64,000 nucleotides of DNA. Source: Crocinitomicaceae bacterium (GTDB lineage Bacteria; Bacteroidota; Bacteroidia; Flavobacteriales_D; Crocinitomicaceae). The notes below the pieces were generated by a model. That model saw only the letters and a list, made by a program, of their open reading frames with translations, did not search any database and was not told the origin of the DNA. The stretch covers positions 2,794-66,793 of the forward strand of contig JAJTCM010000004.1 in assembly GCA_021325675.1 (NCBI GenBank). The letters run 5' to 3'. Positions 48,032 through 57,430 of this stretch are shown here, piece by piece. Positions within the stretch are counted from its first letter, which is position 1, and the number at the start of each line of letters is the position of its first letter. The translations under genes and the position numbers were made by a program.

Positions 48032-49084
48032 ATGAAATTCAATTCCGAATTATTGGCAGAAATCTGCAAAACACCGGGTGCTCCGGGCTTTGAACAGCGC
48101 GTGCGCGAGCTAGTTTTACGCGAGTTGGAAGGCATCGCTGACGAAATCCAGCTGGACAACATGGGTAACGTATACGCTATCAAGCGTGGAACGGAAAGCA
48201 AGCGTGTAATGATCGGCGCCCACATGGACGAAATCGGCTTTATAGTGACGCATATCGATGATAAAGGCTTTATCCGTTTTCACACATTGGGTGGATTCGA
48301 CCCGAAAACCCTGACAGCACAGCGCGTAATCATCCACGGAAAAAAAGACATTATGGGCGTGATGGCTTCCAAGCCGATCCACGTGATGACGGACGAGGAG
48401 CGTAACCGCGTGGCGAAAGTGCGCGATTATTTCATCGATACGGGCTTAACAGCTGAGGAGGTGAAGGAAATTGTGTCCATTGGCGATCCGGTGACCCGTG
48501 AGCGCGAATATATTGAAATGGGAAACTGCGTTAATTCCAAATCGCTCGATAACCGCCTGGCGGTGTTTATCCTCATTGAAGCGATGAAGAAGCTCAAAGA
48601 CCAGCCCGTTCCTTACGACGTGTACGGCGTTTTCACTGTGCAGGAAGAAGTAGGGATCCGCGGGGCAAACGTTTCCGCATTAAATATCAACCCGGATTTC
48701 GGTTTTGGTTTGGATACGACGATTGCTTTCGATTTACCGGGAGCTGCCGCTCATGAGATGATCACCAGGCTTGGCGAAGGAACAGCCATCAAAATTATGG
48801 ATGCTTCCACGATCTGCGATTACCGCATGGTAGATTACATGAAAAAGACGGCCGACAAGCACGAAATCAAATGGCAGCCTGAAATCCTCACCGCCGGCGG
48901 AACGGACACTTCCGGGATCCAGCGTATGACGCAGGGCGGATCAATTGCCGGTGCGATCTCCATTCCTACGCGCCACCTGCACCAGGTGATCGAAATGGCC
49001 CACAAAGAAGATATCAACCGGAGCATCGATTTGCTGGTAGCCTGCGTAAGCGAGCTCGATCAGTACGACTGGAGCTTTAAGTAA
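48032..49084 (+). CDS. M42-family metallo-aminopeptidase
   Basis: M42/FrvX-type sequence (GAHMDEIGF, DNR, VQEEVGIRGA). Confidence 0.85.
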   Translation: MKFNSELLAEICKTPGAPGFEQRVRELVLRELEGIADEIQLDNMGNVYAIKRGTESKRVMIGAHMDEIGFIVTHIDDKGFIRFHTLGGFDPKTLTAQRVIIHGKKDIMGVMASKPIHVMTDEERNRVAKVRDYFIDTGLTAEEVKEIVSIGDPVTREREYIEMGNCVNSKSLDNRLAVFILIEAMKKLKDQPVPYDVYGVFTVQEEVGIRGANVSALNINPDFGFGLDTTIAFDLPGAAAHEMITRLGEGTAIKIMDASTICDYRMVDYMKKTADKHEIKWQPEILTAGGTDTSGIQRMTQGGSIAGAISIPTRHLHQVIEMAHKEDINRSIDLLVACVSELDQYDWSFK

Positions 49085-49095
49085 GATGTGCTAAA
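49082..49095. repeat. solitary family-1-like unit fused to a stop codon
   Basis: TAAGATGTGCTAAA, whose TAA is the stop codon of the M42 peptidase gene. Confidence 0.5.
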
Positions 49096-49219
49096 CTCTT
49101 TTTTCCCTTGACTTGTCTTCCGGGTTAAATCTTTGTTCAATATGCATTTCATGTGGTAATGGTCCTAAAAATACCATAGGCATCTAATATTGCGTTGTAG
49201 TGGCAATACACTATGAAAA

Positions 49220-49250
49220 AAAGCGCCCCCGTTTGGAAGCGCTTTCATTT
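49220..49250. terminator. candidate bidirectional terminator between convergent genes
   Basis: Stem AAAGCGC / GCGCTTT (49220-49226 / 49239-49245) with a 12-nt loop. A run upstream, T-rich downstream. Confidence 0.55.
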
Positions 49251-49299
49251 TGCAAGCTGAGAGCTATTAAATTGTTATTATTTAGTTTTAACCGAAACC

Positions 49300-51015
49300 T
49301 TATTTTTTCGGTTCCTTTATGAAAATAGAGGAAAAATCCAGCATTTCCATAGAGTTCGTTTCAAAATTTTTCACTTTGGAATTGATCATCGTAATGAAAT
49401 CATCGTTGATCAAAGGCATGATAACCGCGTCATCGATCAGCATCTGGTCGCACTTCACGAAAAACTCGTTGCGGACTTTCGGGTTGCGTTCCTTCATGGA
49501 GCTTTTCAGCAAACGGTCGTATTCAGGTGAGTTGTATTTCACCGGGTTCATCGTTGTTGAGTTCGAACCGATATGATCGCCTGAGAAAAGGTACAGGAAA
49601 TTTTCCGGGTCCGGGTAATCGGCGATCCATCCTGATCTCCAGAATTTGGCAGTACCGTTTGAAATGGCATTATCGCGCTCGTTGATGGTGCAGAGCTTGA
49701 TATTGATGTTTACGTTCAGGTTAGCTTTCAGCTGGTCTTTTACGCCGAGCGCCAGGAGATAAATCGGGTCGCCTTTTTTGGCGTTCACATATAAATCCGT
49801 TGTCGGGAAGCCTTCTCCGTTAGCATAACCGGCATCAGCAAGCAGCTTTTGTGCCTTTTCGATGTTCAGCTTGTAGCCTTTAACGCGTTCGTTCGTGTAA
49901 GATTCGATTGCAGGAACAAAGCCATATTCGGAAGGATAGCCTTCGCCTTTGAGGTAATTGTTAACGATGTAATTGCGGTCGATGGCAATATTAAAAGCCT
50001 GGCGCACTTTGATGTTATTGAAGGGCGCAGATTGATGTGCAAAACCGAAATACGTTGTGCTGAGACTGTTTTTGGAATCAATTTTATGTTTCACCGTCAT
50101 TCCGGCCTGGGCATCTTCGAGTGAGCCCAAAACGTTTTCGATTTCATCCACCGGGATTTCAAGAACGAGGTCAATTTCCTTGTTACGGAACGCCATCAGC
50201 TCGCTTTTCTTGTTCTGGGCGTAGCTTACCGTGATTTTCTCAAGGAAAGGCAGCTGGTTGCCAAAATCGTCTTTTCTCCAGTATGTATTGTTGCGTGTCA
50301 GCACAACGTGCTTGCTGTTCCAGTCTTCGAGCTTGAACGGCCCGGTACCGACAGGATGCTTGATTACGTCGTTTTTGTACGTTTCGTAAGCTTCTCTCGG
50401 GAAAACACCAAGGCTTGAATGCGTCAGGATCTTATCGAAGCCAACAAAAGGGTCAACGAGCTCGATGGTAACCGTGTTGTCGTCAACTACTTTGATCCCT
50501 GAAACGCCGCCTTCAGGAATAGAAGACTTGCTCTTTTTGAAAAATTCTTTCGCTCCCTTGATCTTATCTACGAGCATCCAGCTCATTTCGTTGATCTTCA
50601 GTCCGCTGCACGCAAAATCAAGCGTATATTTTACATCCTCTGCAGTCAGCTCGCGGCCTGTACCGCCGGAAAAACATTCGTCGTCATGGAACATAACGCC
50701 CTCACGGATTTTCAGGGTGAATTTTTTGGCGTCCGGGCTGATTGTAAAGCTCGAAGCGATATTCGGTGTAACCTTGTTGCTTTTTAAATCAATTTTCAGG
50801 ATTGTCTCAAAAATCTGGGAAGAAACGCGCTGATTGTAAACATCGTTTGTTGCAACAGGGAAAAGGGTTGTAATTTTTTCGGACGACATGAAACGGAATT
50901 CACCGCCATACTTTGCGCCGCCGTTTGCTTTGAGCTGGGTAATATCAACTTCGTCATTGGAACAGGAAGCCAGCAAAAACAATATCGGTAAGAAATAAAA
51001 TAACTTATTGAACAT
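49300..51015 (-). CDS. ABC-transporter substrate-binding protein, family 5 (peptide/nickel type), lipoprotein
   Basis: Start moved to the ATG at 51015 (lipobox LLASC); a -7 box at 51043-51050 overlaps the longer ORF start. SBP_bac_5-like body. Confidence 0.8.
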   Translation of the reverse strand: MFNKLFYFLPILFLLASCSNDEVDITQLKANGGAKYGGEFRFMSSEKITTLFPVATNDVYNQRVSSQIFETILKIDLKSNKVTPNIASSFTISPDAKKFTLKIREGVMFHDDECFSGGTGRELTAEDVKYTLDFACSGLKINEMSWMLVDKIKGAKEFFKKSKSSIPEGGVSGIKVVDDNTVTIELVDPFVGFDKILTHSSLGVFPREAYETYKNDVIKHPVGTGPFKLEDWNSKHVVLTRNNTYWRKDDFGNQLPFLEKITVSYAQNKKSELMAFRNKEIDLVLEIPVDEIENVLGSLEDAQAGMTVKHKIDSKNSLSTTYFGFAHQSAPFNNIKVRQAFNIAIDRNYIVNNYLKGEGYPSEYGFVPAIESYTNERVKGYKLNIEKAQKLLADAGYANGEGFPTTDLYVNAKKGDPIYLLALGVKDQLKANLNVNINIKLCTINERDNAISNGTAKFWRSGWIADYPDPENFLYLFSGDHIGSNSTTMNPVKYNSPEYDRLLKSSMKERNPKVRNEFFVKCDQMLIDDAVIMPLINDDFITMINSKVKNFETNSMEMLDFSSIFIKEPKK

Positions 51016-51042
51016 TAGGCGATGTTTTCTTTTTTTTGCGAA

Positions 51043-51050
51043 CAAATATA
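51043..51050 (-). promoter_or_regulatory. -7 box TATATTTG
   Basis: 27 nt upstream of the ATG at 51015. Overlaps the longest-ORF start at 51045. Confidence 0.5.
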
Positions 51051-51176
51051 ATAAAATTTATTCAAAGCTGGAAAAATTGGCGGATTATTGATTTTATTGT
51101 GAAAAATCACACAAATTAAACCCAAAAAGAGGCGTTATTTTGGAGTGATTTGTAATTTCGCAGTAAAAAATTCGCC

Positions 51177-52451
51177 ATGTTGGTTTTTAAATTCGGTGGT
51201 GCTTCCGTGAAAGACGCGCCGGCAGTCAAAAATGTAGCAAAAATCCTGACTTTATTTGCTTCCCGGAAAAAATTGGTTGTGGTTTCAGCCATGGGAAAAA
51301 CGACGAACCTGCTCGAGGAAATCGTGAAAGCGCTCAAAGAGAAAAATGAGCAGAAATTTGATATGCTTGTTGATCAGTGCTACGATTTTCACCTGGAAAT
51401 CCTGAATAAGCTCTTTACCGAAAAACACTACAAGGTTTACCAGCAATTGGATACGGTTTTTGAAAAGCTGCGTGCTAAAAAGGAAGGATTTTTCTCAGAT
51501 AATTTTCATTTCGAATACGACCAGGTAGTTTCCCTCGGGGAAATTCTCAGTACGCTGATCGTGGAAGCCTACCTGCGCGAGCTCGGTGAAAAATCCGTTT
51601 GGATCGATTCCCGCAAGCTCATCCGGACAGACCATGCTTACCGCGATGCTAACGTCGACTGGAAAAAGACCGAAGAGCTGATCAAGGCGGAAATCGGGCC
51701 GCTGACGGCGCACTCGGATACTTTCATCACGCAGGGTTTTATCGGTCACACGGCCGAAGGCTTCACAACAACATTGGGCCGGGAAGGCTCGGATTATACG
51801 GCGGCCATTTTCGCTTACTGCCTGAAGGGGGAAAGCGTTACCATCTGGAAAGACGTTCCCGGCATGCTCAACGCCGATCCGAAATGGTTCGACAATACGG
51901 TGAAGCTTGACAAGATTTCTTTCAAGGAAGCGATTGAATTGTCCTATTATGGTGCAACTGTGATCCACCCGAAAACGATCAAGCCTTTGCAGAACAAGCA
52001 CATTCCGCTGTACGTAAAATCTTTTCTCGATCCGCAGGCAGAGGGAACAACCATCCAGGAATCCATGGAATACGATCACCTCGTTCCTTCGTTCATTTTC
52101 AAAATGCAGCAAGTCCTGTTTTCGATCACGCCCAAGGATTTTTCATTCATCGTGGAAGAAAACCTCAGCGATATTTTCGAGAAGCTTTCCCGCATTGGCG
52201 CAAAAATTACGTTGATGCAAAATTCAGCCCTGAGCTTTTCTTTTGCACTGGATCAAAGCAAAACTGACATTTCAGAAATCTACGATCTGTTCAAAAACGA
52301 TTACGAAGTACGCTACAACGAAAACCTGGAGCTGGTGACCATCCGCCATTACAACCAGGAAACGATTGAGCGTGTCATGGTTAACAAGGAACAAATCCTG
52401 GAGCAAAAGACCCGCCAAACGATCCGGATCCTGATGAAGGACAAGGGATAG
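51177..52451 (+). CDS. aspartate kinase
   Basis: N-terminal VFKFGGASV motif, kinase core and C-terminal ACT-like region. Confidence 0.88.
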   Translation: MLVFKFGGASVKDAPAVKNVAKILTLFASRKKLVVVSAMGKTTNLLEEIVKALKEKNEQKFDMLVDQCYDFHLEILNKLFTEKHYKVYQQLDTVFEKLRAKKEGFFSDNFHFEYDQVVSLGEILSTLIVEAYLRELGEKSVWIDSRKLIRTDHAYRDANVDWKKTEELIKAEIGPLTAHSDTFITQGFIGHTAEGFTTTLGREGSDYTAAIFAYCLKGESVTIWKDVPGMLNADPKWFDNTVKLDKISFKEAIELSYYGATVIHPKTIKPLQNKHIPLYVKSFLDPQAEGTTIQESMEYDHLVPSFIFKMQQVLFSITPKDFSFIVEENLSDIFEKLSRIGAKITLMQNSALSFSFALDQSKTDISEIYDLFKNDYEVRYNENLELVTIRHYNQETIERVMVNKEQILEQKTRQTIRILMKDKG

Positions 52452-52454
52452 GTG

Positions 52455-52511
52455 GAATTCGAAGATTCGAAGACCTGGTAGTCAACGAATCTTCAAATGT
52501 CGCAAAGCGAC
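52455..52511. repeat. family-3 repeat hairpins in a convergent spacer
   Basis: GAATTCGAAGATTCGAAGA. 9-bp inverted repeat GAAGATTCG / CGAATCTTC (52461-52469 / 52486-52494). GTCGC-AAA-GCGAC at 52499-52511. Confidence 0.75.
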
Positions 52512-52547
52512 GAAATCTTCACATTCACGCAGTGATAAATCTTCCGA

Positions 52548-53873
52548 TCACAACAGCTCATTCGCCAGGTTAGCCAGCTCGGAACGCTCCCCTTTTTCCA
52601 GTTTCACCTGGGCAAAAAGCGGCTGGTTTTTCAGGCGGTCAATTAAGTACGCCAGGCCGCAGCTATGCTCATCCAGATATGGCGTATCAATCTGGCGCAC
52701 GTCACCGGTAAAGATGATTTTCGTGTTTTCACCTGCGCGCGTTATGATCGTTTTCACTTCATGCGGCGTGAGGTTTTGCGCTTCATCGATGATAAACAGG
52801 ATATTGGAAAGGCTTCGCCCGCGGATAAATGCCAGCGGCGTGATGATCAGCTTGCCGTTTTGCTCCATTTCATCCAGGGCCTTGCGTTTCTTCTCGTTTT
52901 CGCCAAACTGCGACTTGATGAATTTCAGGTTATCCCACAGCGGTTCCATGTACGGACCGATTTTGTCATTGGCATCACCGGGCAAAAAGCCGATTTCCTT
53001 ATTTGAAAGCGGAACGATCGGGCGCGCCAGGATGATTTGCTGGTATTGGTTATGCTGTTCAAGGGCGCTCGCCAGGGCAAGGAGTGTTTTTCCTGTTCCG
53101 GCAACACCCTGCAGGGCAACAAGCTTGATGTTCGGGTTCAGCAGCGCGTGCGTAGCGAAAGCCTGTTCGGCATTTTTGGCCTTGATCCCGTAAACAAAGG
53201 TTTTATCTACCCGGTCTATGGTGTTTTTATCGTGGTTATAAAATGCCAGGGTCGAAGCTTTGCCGTTTTTCAGGATATAATAAGCGTTGGCGAATTTTTT
53301 ATTTCCCAGCAAGCCGTTTTCTTCAATGGACTCCTTCGTGAAAATATCGCGGATCACATCGGATTCAACACCTTCAATGTTGAAATAGCTGGTGTCTTCG
53401 ATGTGATCGGTTTCCACTTTGCCGGTTTCATAATCTTCGGATTTCAATCCCAGGGCTTTGGCCTTGATCCGCAGGTTAATGTCCTTTGTAACGAGGATCA
53501 CTTCTACTTTGGGGTCGTTTTCCTTCAGGGCAAGACCGGCGTTAATGATCTTATGATCGTTTTTCCCGACAGAGAAAATATACTCGGCATTCAGCTCAAC
53601 AGGCGAATGGTCCAGGATCACTTTAAATTTCCCCAAATCCGGCCCGAGCTTTTTCCATTCGTTCAGGTCTTCATTTCCTACAAGCTTGTCAATAAAGCGG
53701 ATGACTTCGCGGGCAGAAAAGTTTTTGGTATCGTTGCCAATTTTAAATTTGTCAAGCTCTTCGAGTACGGTAATCGGTATCGCGACGTTGTTTTTTTTGA
53801 ATGTGAGCAGTGACTGATGGTCGTGTAGTAGCACCGAAGTGTCTAACACGTAGACTTTGGTATGTTTTGACAT
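52548..53873 (-). CDS. PhoH-family ATPase with N-terminal PIN domain
   Basis: VLDTSVLLHD PIN start and Walker A GVAGTGKT. PhoH-type C-terminus. Confidence 0.88.
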   Translation of the reverse strand: MSKHTKVYVLDTSVLLHDHQSLLTFKKNNVAIPITVLEELDKFKIGNDTKNFSAREVIRFIDKLVGNEDLNEWKKLGPDLGKFKVILDHSPVELNAEYIFSVGKNDHKIINAGLALKENDPKVEVILVTKDINLRIKAKALGLKSEDYETGKVETDHIEDTSYFNIEGVESDVIRDIFTKESIEENGLLGNKKFANAYYILKNGKASTLAFYNHDKNTIDRVDKTFVYGIKAKNAEQAFATHALLNPNIKLVALQGVAGTGKTLLALASALEQHNQYQQIILARPIVPLSNKEIGFLPGDANDKIGPYMEPLWDNLKFIKSQFGENEKKRKALDEMEQNGKLIITPLAFIRGRSLSNILFIIDEAQNLTPHEVKTIITRAGENTKIIFTGDVRQIDTPYLDEHSCGLAYLIDRLKNQPLFAQVKLEKGERSELANLANELL

Positions 53874-53917
53874 AAGCTGGTTTTTATTTCACAAGTTATC
53901 ATTATTAAACCGATATC

Positions 53918-53925
53918 CAAAATTA
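53918..53925 (-). promoter_or_regulatory. -7 box TAATTTTG
   Basis: 44 nt upstream of the PhoH ATG (53873). Confidence 0.5.
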
Positions 53926-53961
53926 TTCCTGAAAGTTTATGAATAATAAAATGTGAATTAC

Positions 53962-55080
53962 TTAGTAAAACAAGTCCAGCGCTATCCTGTCGGCGTACAG
54001 CATGCCGGTTTCAGTTAATATAAGATGCCCGTTTTTAATTTCAGCTTGCTGCTGTGATAACAATTCCTTCATCCTGCGCTCGAATTCGGAACTAAAAGGA
54101 AGAATGTTTGCCAATTGCTCCAGCTTAATTCCCCAACTTGTCCGCAGGCCGGTTAAAAGCAGCTCATTGAAGCGGTCTTTCGCTTCCAGGATTTCCCGTT
54201 CAAGAGGAAGCTCATTTTTGGCAATGCTTTGCATGTAAAGGCGGTTGTTGGCAATATTCCAGGAGCGGCTTTTCCCGTCGAAAGAATGCGCTGAAGGCCC
54301 GATGCCTAAATAGTGCTCGCCTTTCCAGTAAGCGCTGTTGTGGCGTGAAAAAAAGCCGGGTTTTCCGAAGTTCGACACTTCATACTGAACAAATCCCGCT
54401 TGTTTCAGGCTCTCCTGAAGGATTTCGAAATGTGCCGCCTGCATGTCATTCGAAGCAGGTTTGATTTGCTTGCTTTTCACCAGCTGATTGAGCGCGGTTT
54501 TCTTTTCCACGGTCAGGCAGTAGGCCGAAATATGTTTTACACCAAGCTCCAGGGCAAGGGCGAGCTGTTTTTTCCAGCGGTCGGCATCCATATCGGGCAG
54601 GCCGTAAATGAGATCAATGCTGATATTGGAAATTCCGCCTTGCTGCGCTATTTTGACTGCATCCAGGCTTTCTTTCACATTGTGGGCGCGGTTCATCCAC
54701 AGCAGGTCGGGTGCATCAAAAGACTGGATCCCGATGCTCAGGCGGTTTATTCCCATGGCTTTCCAGCCGGCTATTGTTTCCGCAGTGATATCGTCGGGGT
54801 TCGCTTCCAGTGTGATTTCAGCATCCGCCGCAACGTCGAAATTCCTTCGGGCCGACTGAAGCAGTTCTTCTAATCCTTCCATTTGCGCAATGCTGGGTGT
54901 TCCCCCGCCGAAGTAAATTGTATCAAGTGGGAAATTGAGCTCATTTTGGCGCATTTCAAGCTCCGAACGCATAGACCCGATCATTTGGGTTTCATATGCA
55001 GCAAAGCTTGTACTGAAATGAAAATCACAGTACGTACATTTTTGTTTGCAAAAAGGAATATGAAAGTAAATTCCGGCCAT
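53962..55080 (-). CDS. hemW: radical SAM heme chaperone HemW
   Basis: IPFC..KC.YCDF radical-SAM motif at the N-terminus and HemN_C-like C-terminus. Confidence 0.88.
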   Translation of the reverse strand: MAGIYFHIPFCKQKCTYCDFHFSTSFAAYETQMIGSMRSELEMRQNELNFPLDTIYFGGGTPSIAQMEGLEELLQSARRNFDVAADAEITLEANPDDITAETIAGWKAMGINRLSIGIQSFDAPDLLWMNRAHNVKESLDAVKIAQQGGISNISIDLIYGLPDMDADRWKKQLALALELGVKHISAYCLTVEKKTALNQLVKSKQIKPASNDMQAAHFEILQESLKQAGFVQYEVSNFGKPGFFSRHNSAYWKGEHYLGIGPSAHSFDGKSRSWNIANNRLYMQSIAKNELPLEREILEAKDRFNELLLTGLRTSWGIKLEQLANILPFSSEFERRMKELLSQQQAEIKNGHLILTETGMLYADRIALDLFY

Positions 55081-55087
55081 TTTTCCC

Positions 55088-55095
55088 CAAATTTA
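55088..55095 (-). promoter_or_regulatory. -7 box TAAATTTG
   Basis: Only 7 nt upstream of the hemW ATG (55080). Confidence 0.4.
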
Positions 55096-55187
55096 GTGCA
55101 TACTTGCGGCTAAATGTTAAATAAATTAAAAAAATTGGAAAGTTAATTTATTTATTTTACTTTAGACTTAGATTATTTTCTAATACC

Positions 55188-55538
55188 ATGGACTTCAGAG
55201 CGTACCAGAAAGAGTTAAGCAAGGAATTAGACCAGTTCACAAAATTGTTGAACGAGGCCCTTCCGCGTTATACCGACCTGGTCAGAAAAATCAATATTTC
55301 CGATTCTGAGCTTGTTGAGCTTGGTGAATTAGAATATTTTCTCATTGAAGTGAACGGTAAGATCGCTGAATTAAAAAAGCAGCTGGAACATGATCTTTTC
55401 GGCCTGAGCCTGGATTTGTATTATAAGCTCAAGCAGCGCGCCAGCCAGGGTGACCTGAAAGCGGCCCGGAAGATCGTTACCATGAGGGCGGCCTTCAACA
55501 AATCCCTCCGCGGCAACAATTTAATTAACTGGAATTAA
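55188..55538 (+). CDS. hypothetical protein
   Basis: 116-aa helical ORF followed by a strong terminator. No family recognised. Confidence 0.55.
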   Translation: MDFRAYQKELSKELDQFTKLLNEALPRYTDLVRKINISDSELVELGELEYFLIEVNGKIAELKKQLEHDLFGLSLDLYYKLKQRASQGDLKAARKIVTMRAAFNKSLRGNNLINWN

Positions 55539-55627
55539 TTCAGTCTTTTCTTTTTAAGTCATTTTCATTCAAATAATAAAAGAACCTGTGCATTTATCTT
55601 AGCTGAAAACCAGCAGGATTTTCTAAT

Positions 55628-55665
55628 AAAAAAACCCCGTTAGCCTGAACTAACGGGGTTTTTTG
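55628..55665. terminator. bidirectional rho-independent terminator
   Basis: 9-bp stem CCCCGTTAG / CTAACGGGG (55635-55643 / 55650-55658), flanked by A7 and T6. Lies between convergent genes. Confidence 0.9.
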
Positions 55666-55677
55666 TTGTCAATTTAT

Positions 55678-57378
55678 TTAGTGATTGATCTGTACTTTTT
55701 TGATCTCAAGGGAATCATTTCCTTTCAAAACAAGGATGTAGTTTCCACCGTTGAATTTAGAAACATCAATAGCGGTGTTTTTACCGGTGATTGTCCATGT
55801 TCCAACAGTTCTTCCCAATTGGTCTTTCATCTCAGCTGTTTCAAACTGTGAATCATTCGCCTGGATGTGGATCATATTTTTTGCAGGGTTCGGGTAAACT
55901 TTCAATTCTGTCGTGTTGTTTTCAGCAACGCTTGTACTGAATGCAGAAGAAAGCTTTACACCGATAGCTGAAGCTTCGCCCCCGAAACCTAAGATGCTAA
56001 AACCATCGTCTGTTTGGATCGGGAACAATGGCTGGGCGTACTCATCCAAAACAAGGCTGTAGTCGAGACCACCGTAACCGATAAAGGTGTTTTCGTCAAA
56101 TGTTGTTACACAAAAGATATAACGCTGGTTGTCCTCAAGTACGATGTCATTTGCAAATTGACCGAACACAGTTACGAAATCCATGCTGTCTTCGTTGTAA
56201 ACGTAGCTACCTGTTGACAGCTCCTGGAAAGACTCAATTGCCGCATTCGGGTCGTTGAGGTCTGTAAAGTCATCGTCTACCTGGTAAGCAGTAACAATGA
56301 ATTCCTGGCCTAAAAGATCTGAATCTGCATTGGTTGTTGCTGCGAAGTACAATCCTTCTGCTTTAACACGGTGGGCGTTAGCGTCACGGAAGTGGATACA
56401 TGATGTGAAGTTCGTTGTTGCATCCGCAGTTCTGTAGCCCGTTGTTGAAATTGGTAAGCCATTTTCGTCAACAGGAACATAGGACAATATATCTTCTGAA
56501 ACAAAGAAATCTGTTGAGTAAGTATTGTCACTGTCGTACTCATCCGTTCCAACGAGTGTCACCGTGTAAGTGATCGTGTATTTTCCCGGAGCGTAAATAG
56601 GCTGTGTAAACATCGGCAATTCAGCAAGGATAGTATCCCCTGAAGCCATGACAGGCAAGTTGTCCTGCTCATCGTAGAGCGTAGTTCCCTCACGGGTTAC
56701 TGTAGCACGGATTGTTCCGCCTGTTTGTGAAAGGTTACCGAAGTTGTAAACCCATGCCCCAACGCGGAAAGAATATTCCGCTCCGGACTGTGCCAGGAGT
56801 GAATGCTGAGTGTTTGGGTTTGGAAGCAGCATACGGTCAGTTGTAAAACCGAGGTCGTTATCAAACAAACCGAATTTGTTGCCGATGAACACGGAAACTT
56901 CCTCGCTGTTGTTGATCGCAGCCTGGATGTTGCTTCCGTCGATCTGGCTGATCATGATTACCGGGATGGTAACGCTTGCACCATCTGCTCCCGGAGCCAT
57001 TCCAACCGGATCACCCGGTACGTTGTTCACAATGATTACCGCAACAGCACCAGCATTCTGGGCCATAAGCGATTTCGTACCGAATTCACATTCCCCGCGG
57101 AAAACCATAGCGATGTGACCTTCCATTTCCGTTGCGTTAACGAGGGCGTTGCAACCGAGTGAATCGTTTGCCGTGCCGTCATCAACAATGACGATAGTCT
57201 GGGAAACAGAGTTAACAGGATCCATTAAATCCGGGCAGCCCCAGCCTCCAGCCGGATCTGCATACGTCATCGTATAATTTCCTGCCAGGCTCGCCGGGCT
57301 CTGGATATTAAAGACGACTTGCGCTTTGGCAGCTATAATAGCCAGCCCGAAAGCGATTGAGAGTAACACTTTTTTCAT
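55678..57378 (-). CDS. T9SS-sorted protein with protease-associated (PA) domain
   Basis: Signal peptide, PA-like segment (GHIAMVFRGECEFGTKSLMAQNAGAVAVIIVNN) and C-terminal YPNPAKNMI...VQINH sorting domain. Confidence 0.75.
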   Translation of the reverse strand: MKKVLLSIAFGLAIIAAKAQVVFNIQSPASLAGNYTMTYADPAGGWGCPDLMDPVNSVSQTIVIVDDGTANDSLGCNALVNATEMEGHIAMVFRGECEFGTKSLMAQNAGAVAVIIVNNVPGDPVGMAPGADGASVTIPVIMISQIDGSNIQAAINNSEEVSVFIGNKFGLFDNDLGFTTDRMLLPNPNTQHSLLAQSGAEYSFRVGAWVYNFGNLSQTGGTIRATVTREGTTLYDEQDNLPVMASGDTILAELPMFTQPIYAPGKYTITYTVTLVGTDEYDSDNTYSTDFFVSEDILSYVPVDENGLPISTTGYRTADATTNFTSCIHFRDANAHRVKAEGLYFAATTNADSDLLGQEFIVTAYQVDDDFTDLNDPNAAIESFQELSTGSYVYNEDSMDFVTVFGQFANDIVLEDNQRYIFCVTTFDENTFIGYGGLDYSLVLDEYAQPLFPIQTDDGFSILGFGGEASAIGVKLSSAFSTSVAENNTTELKVYPNPAKNMIHIQANDSQFETAEMKDQLGRTVGTWTITGKNTAIDVSKFNGGNYILVLKGNDSLEIKKVQINH

Positions 57379-57397
57379 AATTATAGTTTAAGTATCA

Positions 57398-57405
57398 CAA
57401 ATCTA
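57398..57405 (-). promoter_or_regulatory. -7 box TAGATTTG
   Basis: 19 nt upstream of the ATG at 57378. Confidence 0.55.
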
Positions 57406-57430
57406 ATAATTTCTCATTAAAAACGGATGC

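Noticed and set aside
49213-49260. 15-codon ORF (MKKSAPVWKRFHFAS) in the M42/SBP convergent spacer.
   Set aside because: It coincides exactly with the candidate bidirectional terminator hairpin and its A and T runs, so it is most likely fortuitous.
51046-51176. Lysine riboswitch upstream of aspartate kinase.
   Set aside because: The spacer is only about 130-160 nt, it also has to hold the divergent SBP promoter, and no multi-helix junction is evident.
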